A program made the translations under genes and the position numbers. The notes under the pieces were generated by a model, which saw only the letters and a list, made by a program, of their open reading frames with translations, was not told the origin of the DNA and made no database searches. A stretch of 64,000 nt of DNA from Alphaproteobacteria bacterium (GTDB lineage: Bacteria > Pseudomonadota > Alphaproteobacteria > Caedimonadales > UBA9215). The DNA lies in the NCBI GenBank assembly GCA_024281375.1, contig JAJSAD010000096.1, positions 32,867 through 96,866 on the forward strand, given 5' to 3'. Positions 28,790 through 38,340 of this stretch are shown here, piece after piece; within the stretch, counting starts at the first letter, position 1, and every line of letters starts with the position of its first letter.

Positions 28790-29344
28790 TTATTCTGTGG
28801 TAAATTTTTCATAATCTTCGTATAGCAATCCAAATATTAGCAGTGAAGTGAAATGTTCCTTATATGGGAACATTTCCCTTAAGCAACCTTCTTCTTTAAA
28901 ACCACTTTTTTTTAATATTTTAACGCTTCCTTCATTAGCTCCATAACACCCTGCACATAATTTTCTTAACTTGAGTGAGGTAAAAGCAAACTGGCAAACG
29001 AGGGCAATGGCCTCTTTTGCCAGACCACGTCCTTGGGATGATTTTTTTCCTATAAAATAACTAATGTCAGCATATTTATATTTTGAATGTATGGGGCCTA
29101 ATTTTATATTTCCTATGTGTAACATAGTATCTTTTTCATATATGCCAAACAAAAAAACATTTGGATTGTTTTCTTGTTCTTCAACGAAATCTTGAACAGC
29201 AAGAAGGGAGTGAAGTGTATGTCGAATTTCTAGGTATTGGTTAATTTCTTCATCATTGAGCCACTGAACATACTCCGCATGGCAATCATGAGGGGTAAGA
29301 ATTTTTAATATTAGCCGGTCTGACTTTAAAACTATGTTATCCAC
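28790..29344 (-). CDS. GNAT-family N-acetyltransferase (RimJ/PseH-like)
   Basis: LKSDRLILKILTPHDCHAEYVQWLNDEEINQYLE and a QGRGLAKEA acetyl-CoA loop. A probable GTG start at 29344, 8 nt after the hisH-like stop, is preferred over the overlapping track start at 29455. Confidence 0.7.
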   Translation of the reverse strand: MDNIVLKSDRLILKILTPHDCHAEYVQWLNDEEINQYLEIRHTLHSLLAVQDFVEEQENNPNVFLFGIYEKDTMLHIGNIKLGPIHSKYKYADISYFIGKKSSQGRGLAKEAIALVCQFAFTSLKLRKLCAGCYGANEGSVKILKKSGFKEEGCLREMFPYKEHFTSLLIFGLLYEDYEKFTTE

Positions 29345-29352
29345 AATACAGC

Positions 29353-29973
29353 CTATAAATTGAGAAAATATTTCAAATGTCTTAGTCCGACAGTACCACT
29401 TTTTTCTGGGTGATACTGCAAACCAATGCAGTTGTTTTTTTGAATTATAGCGCAAATATTTTTGTCACCGTAAGGAATCGTTGCAACGATATCATCGGAT
29501 TCATCTATGAAGGCAAAAGAATGGACAAAATAGAGTTCTTCCGAAGGGGTTTCTGGCAACTTTATATTAGTATTTTTTTTATAATTAAGAGATTGCCAAT
29601 TAATATTTGGGAGTTTTTCACCAGGAAATGTTGGTAGCTTCTTTATGGTTCCCTTAATTATACCCAATCCGTCCGATAAGCCAAATTCCTCAGACTGTTG
29701 AAACAAAAGTTGCATCCCCACACAAATGCCTAAAAAGGGTCGGTCACTTTGAAGGAATTCCAATATACTTTCATGAAAATTTCGTTTTTTCAGGGCATCC
29801 ACGGCTACTTTAAAAGAGCCGACACCAGGCAAAATGAGGCGGTTGGCAGAGCGGATATCTGCGTCAGTTTGGGCGATATGAACGGTGGCACCACTATATT
29901 CAAGAGCTCTTATAAGGCTCAAAATATTATTGCAACCATAATCAATTATTGTAATATCGGATGAAACTAGCAA
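29353..29973 (-). CDS. HisH-like glutamine amidotransferase subunit (WbuY-type)
   Basis: ITIIDYGCNNILS, GICVGMQLLF (catalytic Cys) and LQYHPEKSG. Paired with a HisF-like gene in a glycan locus. Confidence 0.85.
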   Translation of the reverse strand: MLVSSDITIIDYGCNNILSLIRALEYSGATVHIAQTDADIRSANRLILPGVGSFKVAVDALKKRNFHESILEFLQSDRPFLGICVGMQLLFQQSEEFGLSDGLGIIKGTIKKLPTFPGEKLPNINWQSLNYKKNTNIKLPETPSEELYFVHSFAFIDESDDIVATIPYGDKNICAIIQKNNCIGLQYHPEKSGTVGLRHLKYFLNL

Positions 29974-30731
29974 TTTCTTACCTTAATTTTGTTAGAAGCT
30001 AATTCTTTTTTTATATTTTGAATGTTATTTTCTGCCCAATGGAGAATATGTGCCATCGAGGCACCAGTAACCTCAGTGTTTTTTATAAGACTTAGAAGAT
30101 GGTCATTTGTTCCCATACCTCCACTTGCAATTACAGGAATAATCCTATACTCAGAGATCTCTTGAGTAAGTGTAATATCATAACCATTTTTCATTCCTTC
30201 ATGATCTACGGAGGTCAATAATATTTCGCCTGCACCACGACTTTCCGCCTCTTTACTCCATTCTATGGGATCTTTATAAGTATGTTCACGCCCATTTTCT
30301 ATAAAGCACTCCCACAGATTGTTTTTTATTTTTTTAGCCTCAATAGATATGACTATACATTGTGAGCCAAAGCGAGTTGCTAGTTGATTAATCAGGTCAG
30401 GATTTTTGATAGCAGCTGTATTAATAGCTACTTTTTCCGCGCCAGCTAAAAGAGCCGTTTCAACATCACCAGCGTTTCTGATCCCACCACCAAGGGTTAT
30501 TGGAATAAAAATATTTTGTGTAGCCCTTTTTATAGTATCAAAAAGGTTGTTTTTCCCATATAGGCTGGCAACAGCATCCATAAAAAGAAGTTCATCAGCA
30601 CCGTCTTGATAGTACTTTTGTGCAAATACTAAGGGATCGCCAACTTTTCGAAGCCCTTCTAGGTTGATGCCCTTTATAAGATGCTGGCCCTTTATATCAA
30701 GCCTAGGTATGATCCTTACTTTACGGGGCAT
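29967..30731 (-). CDS. HisF-like cyclase subunit (WbuZ-type)
   Basis: RIIPRLDIKGQHLIKGINLEGLRKVGDP and GADELLFMD. The start is ATG 30731 or GTG 30752. Confidence 0.85.
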   Translation of the reverse strand: MPRKVRIIPRLDIKGQHLIKGINLEGLRKVGDPLVFAQKYYQDGADELLFMDAVASLYGKNNLFDTIKRATQNIFIPITLGGGIRNAGDVETALLAGAEKVAINTAAIKNPDLINQLATRFGSQCIVISIEAKKIKNNLWECFIENGREHTYKDPIEWSKEAESRGAGEILLTSVDHEGMKNGYDITLTQEISEYRIIPVIASGGMGTNDHLLSLIKNTEVTGASMAHILHWAENNIQNIKKELASNKIKVRNC

Positions 30732-32056
30732 ATTTGTGATCTTAGCTCCCACTTACCATTATTATTTTGCCAAATATGAGGTGATCTAAAGGAGTCAGCC
30801 AAGTTATCAAAATATTCTCTGCTAATAATGGGGGACTCAAAATTCTCACTTGCGACTGGGAATGTTTTTGAGTCAATACTTAAATATTTAAAAATTTCAT
30901 CTATAAATCTATCAGGGAATTCTCCATCAAATTTTTTTACAAGCGCCACACCATCCTCACGGGTAATATCATTTGAGCGAATTTCTTGGGAAGCATCACA
31001 ACTTGCCCGCCCAAAACCAAACTTAATAAACATTGAATAATAAAAAAGATCATCTATTTTATCATCTATGCTATTGTATTTACTGTAAGTTCCTGGAGTT
31101 CTTTCAGGGGATGGTTGAAAACCTCCATGTTCAACAGAATAGTAGTAACAACTCTGAGGGTGCCACTTAAGGTAATAACCTAGGTAATGAACAGCAATAT
31201 CATTCTTCTCAATAACTTCTGGGTTTACAGGAAGGTATAAATTTAGATCATTCTGAGTTAAGCCATAGTTCTCTTTTAATTCTAAAATAGATGTTCCACC
31301 AAGGTGCACATCATCAGGGTCAGATTCTGTAAAAAACTTCCAATCTCTTTGGGCCGATGTATTATCCTGTATAGGGTTATTATACTCTGCATCATTCTCA
31401 CCATAAAAAACTAATGGAATATCATGTTGAGCTGCTACTTTAGGGGCAAGTGCTTTTTGCCCAATGATAAAGGGTTGAAATGGATGGAATAAATTCTCGA
31501 GAGCCAGTCTTGTTAAGAGTCGATGAGTCTTTCCATTGGGGGTGCATAGCCAATTATCAAAGCCAGCATGAATCCACGACTGAAAATTTTTCCATCCCCA
31601 ATCTGTATACATGTTAGGAGCCCAGGTCATTGTGAGGGGGTTCATTCCAAATTCATATTTTAAAATATGGGCGGCATAAAAACTATCTTTCCCGCCAGAG
31701 CCGGGGACTAATACATCATATCTGCCATCGGAACGACGGTACCTATCACAAACTTCTTGTAGCTCCTTGCGCCTATCCTCCCAATTAATAGAATTGTTTT
31801 TTATGAAGGAAAATTTGCAGGGGTCACAAATGCCATCATCATTAAATGGAATTGTTGATTTCTTTGAACTTGCTTTATGTCGAAATTCCACTGTAGAGCT
31901 GGGGTATTGATTTGACATAGCGCAATTGCGGCAAAAAAGAACTTGCTCTGGTGAACCATAGCGGATTTCTCTATCAGTTAAGTTTGGAGCAAATTTATTT
32001 TTATCTATATATTTTTCTTTTTTATACATATGAGTATGATCCTTTTGAATTTCCAT
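30716..32056 (-). CDS. N-acetyl-sugar amidotransferase (PP-loop; PseA/PtmG/WbpG-like)
   Basis: PP-loop VLVPGSGGKDSFYAAHIL and an N-terminal Cys cluster CRNCAMSN..CDPC. Adjacent to the hisH/hisF-like pair. Confidence 0.8.
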   Translation of the reverse strand: MEIQKDHTHMYKKEKYIDKNKFAPNLTDREIRYGSPEQVLFCRNCAMSNQYPSSTVEFRHKASSKKSTIPFNDDGICDPCKFSFIKNNSINWEDRRKELQEVCDRYRRSDGRYDVLVPGSGGKDSFYAAHILKYEFGMNPLTMTWAPNMYTDWGWKNFQSWIHAGFDNWLCTPNGKTHRLLTRLALENLFHPFQPFIIGQKALAPKVAAQHDIPLVFYGENDAEYNNPIQDNTSAQRDWKFFTESDPDDVHLGGTSILELKENYGLTQNDLNLYLPVNPEVIEKNDIAVHYLGYYLKWHPQSCYYYSVEHGGFQPSPERTPGTYSKYNSIDDKIDDLFYYSMFIKFGFGRASCDASQEIRSNDITREDGVALVKKFDGEFPDRFIDEIFKYLSIDSKTFPVASENFESPIISREYFDNLADSFRSPHIWQNNNGKWELRSQICPVK

Positions 32057-33363
32057 TATCCTTTCCTTACCGTAAAAACAGGTTCAAGGATAGGGGATTC
32101 TAAGCGCTCGATGAGGTTTTTTTCCTTTAAGGATAAAGCCATTTTAGGAAGGATTTTCTCATAAGCATTTTTAATTTTTTGAAAGTCCTTTTCATCAAAA
32201 GAGAGCGTAATATTATGACTAGAAAGAATAAAAATTCCCTCATTAATCATTTCTTTTTGAAAAAACGTTCTTAAGGCATTTTGGGAGATTTGTGGCGTTT
32301 CTTTAAAGCTAATGATGACCCAGGGAGCCAGGCCTCTTAATACCATAACATATCCCAAGTCATGTTTGTCAATTATAGTCTGAACGGCGTCTTTGAGCTT
32401 CTCGCCATAGGCCCAAGTGTACTCGAGAACTTTCTTATCTCGGAGTTTTTTTATAGTGACAATGGAGGCCGCTAGGGATAAAGATTCAGCACCAAAAGTG
32501 CTTGAAAAAAAGACTTCCTCAATATGTTTCATATACTTTTCTTTACCAACTAAGACTGAAATAGGCATGCCATTTCCCATAGCCTTTCCAAAGATGGCAA
32601 GATCTGGTGTCACATTAAAAAGCTCCTGCGCCCCCCCCAAGGCAAAACGAAAACCCGTGATGACTTCATCAAAGATAAAAAGAGCACCATGCTTATGGGT
32701 AAGATCTTTAACTTTTTGAAGAAAGTCATCTTTCGGTTCATCAGAATTCATAGGTTCCATAATAATGGCAGCGAATTCCTCAGGGTATTTTTTAAATAAC
32801 GCCTCTAAGGAGCTAATGTCATTATATCTGAAAGCATGTGTTAGCTCTTTTACGGCTAGGGGAATACCACCATCCATGCTAGTTGAAGCCACATACCACT
32901 CATGCCAACCATGATAACCGCAAACCGCAACACGCTCTTTTTTAGTAATGTGACGCGCGAGGCTGATGGCACCTGTTGTGCAGTCTGAGCCATTTTTCCC
33001 ATAGCGCACCATTTCCGCACAGGGGATCAAGTCCACAAGGAGCGCTGCTAATTCTAGTTCAAGCTCTGTGGAAAGGCTGAATGTTATGCCTTTGGACAAT
33101 TGATCTTTTATAGCTGAGTCAACATCTGGGTCTTGATAGCCAAGAATGACAGAGTTAAGACCTGAAAGCATATCAATATATTCATTTCCGTCTACATCCC
33201 AAATCTTACTTCCTTTTCCTTTTGTGGCAAAGAGCGGGGAATGCCCTTCTGGAAACTGAGTGTGGCTTCTGGAAAAGGTTTGAGCACCTAAAGGGATAAG
33301 TCTTAGAGCATTTCTTAAGGCAGATTGAGACTTTTGAAACTTTGGATTAGCTTTGTTTAACAC
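32056..33363 (-). CDS. class III PLP aminotransferase (glutamate-1-semialdehyde aminomutase-like)
   Basis: GSKIWDVDGNEYIDMLSG, FIFDEVITGFR and FGKAMGNG (PLP Lys). 435 aa. Confidence 0.8.
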   Translation of the reverse strand: MLNKANPKFQKSQSALRNALRLIPLGAQTFSRSHTQFPEGHSPLFATKGKGSKIWDVDGNEYIDMLSGLNSVILGYQDPDVDSAIKDQLSKGITFSLSTELELELAALLVDLIPCAEMVRYGKNGSDCTTGAISLARHITKKERVAVCGYHGWHEWYVASTSMDGGIPLAVKELTHAFRYNDISSLEALFKKYPEEFAAIIMEPMNSDEPKDDFLQKVKDLTHKHGALFIFDEVITGFRFALGGAQELFNVTPDLAIFGKAMGNGMPISVLVGKEKYMKHIEEVFFSSTFGAESLSLAASIVTIKKLRDKKVLEYTWAYGEKLKDAVQTIIDKHDLGYVMVLRGLAPWVIISFKETPQISQNALRTFFQKEMINEGIFILSSHNITLSFDEKDFQKIKNAYEKILPKMALSLKEKNLIERLESPILEPVFTVRKG

Positions 33364-34160
33364 TGGGTATACCCTCCATCAACAACAAGATTGTGTCCTG
33401 TCATATAGGATGACTGATCGGAAAGAAGAAAGAGAACAGCCTCGGCAATTTCATTGTTTTTAGCCATGCGCCCCAGAGGCACTTTAGAACTATAATTCTG
33501 AGTAAAAATATCATTTTGCCCGCTTTCTACACCGCCCGGAGTAACCGTGTTAACACGAATGTTTTTTGGTCCCCAGTAGCCGGCTAAATAACGCGATAGG
33601 GCAATAACGCCCCCCTTTGAGGCAGCATAAACGGCGGGTGTATTGATAGGCGTCCCCATATATTCGGACCCCTCATAGATACGATTGTCAGGGGCTCTAA
33701 GTCCGTAAATGGATGCTGTGTGAACAATGGACCCTTTTTTTTGCTTGACCATTTGTGAGCCAAAAACTTGATCAACAAGCATAACAGAATCTAAATTGAC
33801 AGAAAAAATTTCCTGCCATGTCTCCAGCTTGTAGTCTTCGAAGGGAGTAAAAAAATCCTCTAAATTTTTGCCTTTCCAGGCGGCATTGTTGTGTAGCCCA
33901 TCTAATTGTGCCCAACGAGAAATGATCTGGGATAGTGCGTGGTCCAAGGCATTTCGATTGCGCACGTCACATTGGATGTAAAATAGATTTTCTACATGTT
34001 CTTTAGGAAGATTTTCCTTTAATGCTGTGATATTATTGTCAGAGATATCAATGGCTGCAATTTTTGCCCCTTGTAAAAGAGCTAATCGGCAAACCTCCAA
34101 GCCAATGATTCCATTGGCTCCTGTGACGGCAATCACTTTATTCTCTAGGTTATTTTGCAT
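33357..34160 (-). CDS. short-chain dehydrogenase/reductase (PtmA-like)
   Basis: VTGANGIIG cofactor motif and the YAASKGG catalytic motif. Adjacent to the CMP-sugar synthetase, as in Campylobacter ptmA-ptmB. Confidence 0.8.
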   Translation of the reverse strand: MQNNLENKVIAVTGANGIIGLEVCRLALLQGAKIAAIDISDNNITALKENLPKEHVENLFYIQCDVRNRNALDHALSQIISRWAQLDGLHNNAAWKGKNLEDFFTPFEDYKLETWQEIFSVNLDSVMLVDQVFGSQMVKQKKGSIVHTASIYGLRAPDNRIYEGSEYMGTPINTPAVYAASKGGVIALSRYLAGYWGPKNIRVNTVTPGGVESGQNDIFTQNYSSKVPLGRMAKNNEIAEAVLFLLSDQSSYMTGHNLVVDGGYTQC

Positions 34161-34848
34161 TTTTATCCATTAACATTTCTGCGTATATAAAGTCCAGTTC
34201 TTCGTCAATCTCTATAGAGCGCTCATGGGGCATAATATAGAGGCCTGTTTGTTCATTGTAAAGGGAGTCACTTTCCATGAGGGTTTTGCGATTCCAGACA
34301 TAAATAGAGGCATTGAGGTCATAAGTATCTGGTGTGTCTTGGCGTCGATGTATAGGGTTATTGGGAACACAGCAAGGTTTTACGCGCCAATCTAAATCAT
34401 GCTCAACAACATCAAAGTAAGGGGAGCGCCTAGCTGGTGTAACGCTAAATATATTACTGTGATTATGGCTACGCAATAAGTCGATGGCAGCAATAATATC
34501 ATCAGACGTTCGAAGGGGGGAGGTGCAGTCTAAGTCGACAAATATATCAAATGTATTCTCCGAAAGCTTTTCAACTTCTTGTGCGCAGTGGCGAATTGCA
34601 GGAATTTTGGGAGCTGTGTCAGAGGATAGATCATCTGGGCGTTTAATTAGAAAATCAACACCTTCTTTTTTTGCAGCATCTAAAATGTCCCTCGAGTCAC
34701 TACTAACAGCAATATAGTTAAAGACACCAGAGTCTTTTGCATGTTGAATCGTGTGAGCAATCAAAGGCCTTCCCATCAGAGGGAGAATGTTTTTATTCTT
34801 AAGTCCCCTGGAGCCACCACGTGCACAGATTGTACATAAAATTTTCAT
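34150..34848 (-). CDS. neuA: acylneuraminate cytidylyltransferase family (CMP-nonulosonic acid synthetase, LegF/PtmB/NeuA-like)
   Basis: N-terminus ICARGGSRGLKNKNILPLMGRPLIAHTI. 232 aa. Confidence 0.85.
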   Translation of the reverse strand: MKILCTICARGGSRGLKNKNILPLMGRPLIAHTIQHAKDSGVFNYIAVSSDSRDILDAAKKEGVDFLIKRPDDLSSDTAPKIPAIRHCAQEVEKLSENTFDIFVDLDCTSPLRTSDDIIAAIDLLRSHNHSNIFSVTPARRSPYFDVVEHDLDWRVKPCCVPNNPIHRRQDTPDTYDLNASIYVWNRKTLMESDSLYNEQTGLYIMPHERSIEIDEELDFIYAEMLMDKNAK

Positions 34849-34850
34849 GC

Positions 34851-35924
34851 CTATTGATGGCCTTCTTGTTCAGAAAAATAAGTTTTGTAGTCTTGTTGGG
34901 CCTGGGCAAAATCTTCTTTTTGTCCTATATCTAGCCAATATTCATGGATAGGAAAAGTTTTCACAGAGTTCCCTTTTGACATGAGATCTTCTCAAAGAGT
35001 TGTCATATTATAGAAAGTATCCTGTGGCACAAAAGTCAGGGCTTCAGGGCTAATGACATAAAGTCCCGCGCTGACAAACATCCTATTAATAGGTTTTTCC
35101 TTTAATTGAACAAGGTTTAGGCCATCTAGTTCTACAACACCATAGGGAACTTGATAATCGTACTCACGGACACATAATGTTGCCATCCCGGAATTTTGTA
35201 TATGAAAATCTAATAGGGCGGAATAGTTAATATTTGTGAGTAGGTCCCCATTGATTATTAATAAAGGATTGGCTATCTCATTTTGTAAAAGGGATAAGCA
35301 CCCAGCTGTTCCGAGGGGCTTTTCTTCTTCGAGGTATGAAATGGAAACGTTCCAGCGACTTCCATCTCCAAAAAAATCTTTAATATTTTTTGATAAATAA
35401 TTTACAGAGAAGTAAAAAATTGAAAATCCATCTTGAATAAGGGTTTCAAAAATAGTTTGTAAGATTGGCTTATCACCCACTGTAAGCAAAGGTTTTGGTG
35501 TATTTTCGGTGAGGGGAAAAAGCCGCTCACCTTTTCCGCCAGCCATAATTAACACGGGGCTTTTATGCTTTTTTTTCTGTGTTAACTCGTCCGATGTGTG
35601 GATATCCACAATATGTTCATCTGTATCTAGAACTGGAATAATTGTGACTTGATTGTCACGCATTAATTCTGGAAAAGATTCTTCATTTGCACCACGGGTG
35701 CATGATAGAGGGGACTTGTTCATAGCCTCTGTTACTAATGAATCTAAGGTCTTGTTTTTTAAAAGTGCGCGTCGAACATCGCCATCGGTTAAGGTGCCGA
35801 GAAGCTTATAATGAGGGCCAGATACGATAGCAATTTTTTCAGGGTACTTATTGATAACCTCAATTGCTTCTAATATAGAAGCTGTGGGAGAAATTAACAA
35901 ACGATTCCAGAGTTCTTTTTTCAT
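34851..35924 (-). pseudogene. CBS-domain sugar-phosphate nucleotidyltransferase (PtmE-like) with in-frame TGA at 34992-34994
   Basis: The 310-aa ORF ends ...YNMTTL-TGA. The same frame continues EDLMSKGNSVKTFPIHEYWLDIGQKEDFAQAQQDY...TAG at 34851. The tail carries the conserved NTP-transferase C-terminal HEYWLDIG motif. Confidence 0.8.
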
Positions 35925-35936
35925 ATCATTTTCTAC

Positions 35937-36611
35937 TTATATATTGTATTTGCTATGATTTAACGGTACTTCAAAACGAGTGTTTTGAAATTCAATATAC
36001 GCCCCTGGATATCCTGGAAAACTAGTGGCTTTTACTCGAAGGGTGACTTCTTTTTCATCCATATCTAAAGTAATATGACAAAGCTCATTGAGCTGCTTTC
36101 TTGTATATGGTTTTCTCGCCCATTTTTCATTAGAAACAGGGATGTCCCTCTTCTTAAAGTATGTACTCATGACGTCCATAAATAACGAGTACATATTGAA
36201 ATAACAGCGGTCAGTTAGAGTTTCAACAGAGTCGGCTTCAAAGATAGGAAAACGACGAACCATTACTACGGGGCCAGCATCAACTTTTTCATACATATGA
36301 TGGCAAGTTACACCAAATTCTTTTTCCTCATTATAAATAGCAAAGTTTGTACAACCAATTCCAGGATACTCTGGAGGACCCGGATGGAAATTTAAGGCGG
36401 CAACTTTAGCTTTTTTTAATAACGAAGCAGGGATTATCCAAGGACTCGAAAATGATATTAGTATATCAAAGCTCGTTTTTTCGCACTCCTCAGGAAAAGC
36501 ATCCCCGCGTTCACCAATATAAGCATCAACTTGAAGGTTCATATTTTTTAAAAATTCCAAACATTTTCTAGTTAAATAATTGTTTTTTTTTCCAAAAAAA
36601 AGGATGTTCAT
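35937..36611 (-). CDS. formyltransferase-family protein
   Basis: ALNFHPGPPEYPGIG and HHMYEKVDAGPVV match the formyl-transferase catalytic-core layout. 224 aa. Confidence 0.6.
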   Translation of the reverse strand: MNILFFGKKNNYLTRKCLEFLKNMNLQVDAYIGERGDAFPEECEKTSFDILISFSSPWIIPASLLKKAKVAALNFHPGPPEYPGIGCTNFAIYNEEKEFGVTCHHMYEKVDAGPVVMVRRFPIFEADSVETLTDRCYFNMYSLFMDVMSTYFKKRDIPVSNEKWARKPYTRKQLNELCHITLDMDEKEVTLRVKATSFPGYPGAYIEFQNTRFEVPLNHSKYNI

Positions 36612-36650
36612 ATTGTTCTCATTAAAAGTTGTGTGTGAGGCATTTTTATT

Positions 36651-37334
36651 CTACTTTTTTACTCTAAAGATAAGTGTTGCGGTTGCGATGTCATTTTTGA
36701 AAAGAGGGTCAATATCTTGCTGAAAGTAAATGAAATCAATATGACCGTCAAAAGCTTCTTTGATACTATCAAGAGAATTAAATCTTTTTTTATTGACGGT
36801 GCCATAACTTTCAGCAACATCTAAATCTGGAGTATTATCATAGGAGGCTGTAACTGCGACGGTCCCATTGTTCTTAGAGACTCGAACTATTTCTTGAGCG
36901 GCTTTCTTAGGGTTGTCACTATAGACGATTACCCAACCTGCCATCACAATGTCACGAGAGCTAGAATCAAAAGGCATATCATGCATATCTCCTACTTGGA
37001 TATGTTTTGAATATGATAAAATATCCAGACCCTTAATATTTTTAAGCTTAAATCCATAAGCCCACAAGTTAAAAATTTCAGCCTCAGTTCTAGGCCCAAT
37101 AGAGAGAACCGTTAATTTGTTTTGAGTGCGAAGAATTTTTTCAATGCTAACAAGGGGTCTAATGAGCTGGTGTGTTCTCTCCCCTCCAGTCTCTTTTAAA
37201 CCGAGTAAATTTTGACGCAATGTTCGATTCGAAATATCTACTATATTATCAAGGCCATCTAAAACCTTTAGATTTCGTTTTAGGAAAAAGTACCTTATAT
37301 AACAAAAAATATTTCTTAATAGATCGATTTGCAT
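36651..37334 (-). CDS. class I SAM-dependent methyltransferase (weak)
   Basis: VLSIGPRTEAE (motif I-like), DMHDMPFDSSSRDIVMAGWVIVY and AAQEIVRVSKNNGTVAV. Confidence 0.5.
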   Translation of the reverse strand: MQIDLLRNIFCYIRYFFLKRNLKVLDGLDNIVDISNRTLRQNLLGLKETGGERTHQLIRPLVSIEKILRTQNKLTVLSIGPRTEAEIFNLWAYGFKLKNIKGLDILSYSKHIQVGDMHDMPFDSSSRDIVMAGWVIVYSDNPKKAAQEIVRVSKNNGTVAVTASYDNTPDLDVAESYGTVNKKRFNSLDSIKEAFDGHIDFIYFQQDIDPLFKNDIATATLIFRVKK

Positions 37335-37439
37335 GATTTGCTTTGGAGCCGTTGTAACAAGGCGAATTAATTTATTTTTTTTAGCATTTGTCTTTCTTTC
37401 TATGGGTCTATATATAGGTTCTTTCTCGCTTAAAGAGGC

Positions 37440-38303
37440 CTAGTATCTTTTATTTTCTTCTTCGATTGCACGAGAAATATCATTCTTTGTTTCTTGTGAT
37501 GAAATATCCAACTTTATAGAAGAGGATTGAAATTCAAAAATTAATATATCTCTTTGACAATTCTTTTCTGGAATGCCCGCCATATGAAGACAAGTGGCTG
37601 TGTCACAAATAACGGCAGAACCCATTTTCCCGATGAAAGTTTTTTTCTTTTCACTCTCATTAATCAAATTCTCAGCATTGCCATAGTCATCTCTTTCTTT
37701 GTAACCTTTTTTTAACAATGTTCTGGAAAAATTTTTATCAAAAAATGAAAGGGGACCATCTTTTATTGTAATATCGGATAGGGCAACGAAGAGTTTTAAA
37801 GTATCTACTGGATGACGATCATAGTGCAGCTTGTAAGCATATACTTCGCGTGAAGTCTCAGGGTGGGTAATATGCTTGGTGCGATATGCGGAAACATGAG
37901 AAATTTTAAAGTGTGCGCCATAATATTGGTATATTTTTTCTAGAACATCTGGGGTTAATATTTCTAATACACTTGGCACCTCTTTCAATATATTTTTTAT
38001 CATGAAAAAAGACTTTGGATCTCCTTCTTTTCCTTTGTAAAGGTTATCCTTATTTTCAAATATTATTTTTTCATATTTTTCTTTGATTTCTTGTAGTGCC
38101 TTTTTATTTGAAATCTCAAGAAAGTGGTAACCTAGTGGAAAATGTCTTTTGTTATCGTTTGAATATTTTTCATTAGCTTTCCAACGGTCAAGGCCTAATT
38201 TATTGAGGTGAAAACCCACTCTGTTTTTATATAGTATTTCACCCAAAAAAATATCAAATTTGAATTTATTTCTAAAACAAAGATCTTTAAAATTATTTAA
38301 CAT
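37440..38303 (-). CDS. hypothetical protein, possibly PhyH-like Fe(II)/2-oxoglutarate oxygenase
   Basis: Spacing of HYDRH ... KDGPLSFF ... CLHMAG resembles an HxD...H facial triad. This is a weak call. Confidence 0.3.
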   Translation of the reverse strand: MLNNFKDLCFRNKFKFDIFLGEILYKNRVGFHLNKLGLDRWKANEKYSNDNKRHFPLGYHFLEISNKKALQEIKEKYEKIIFENKDNLYKGKEGDPKSFFMIKNILKEVPSVLEILTPDVLEKIYQYYGAHFKISHVSAYRTKHITHPETSREVYAYKLHYDRHPVDTLKLFVALSDITIKDGPLSFFDKNFSRTLLKKGYKERDDYGNAENLINESEKKKTFIGKMGSAVICDTATCLHMAGIPEKNCQRDILIFEFQSSSIKLDISSQETKNDISRAIEEENKRY

Positions 38304-38340
38304 TTATTAATATTCCTTCTGGTTTAATGAAATAAAAAAA

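Noticed and set aside
35924-38303. Four consecutive glycan genes (starts 38303, 37334, 36611, 35924) share one frame with open linkers, including 34 open codons after the TAG at 37440
   Set aside because: The products are different complete domain types, each with its own ATG. The linkers are short (4-34 codons) and could be open by chance (roughly a few percent). I noted it as a possible sixth case only.
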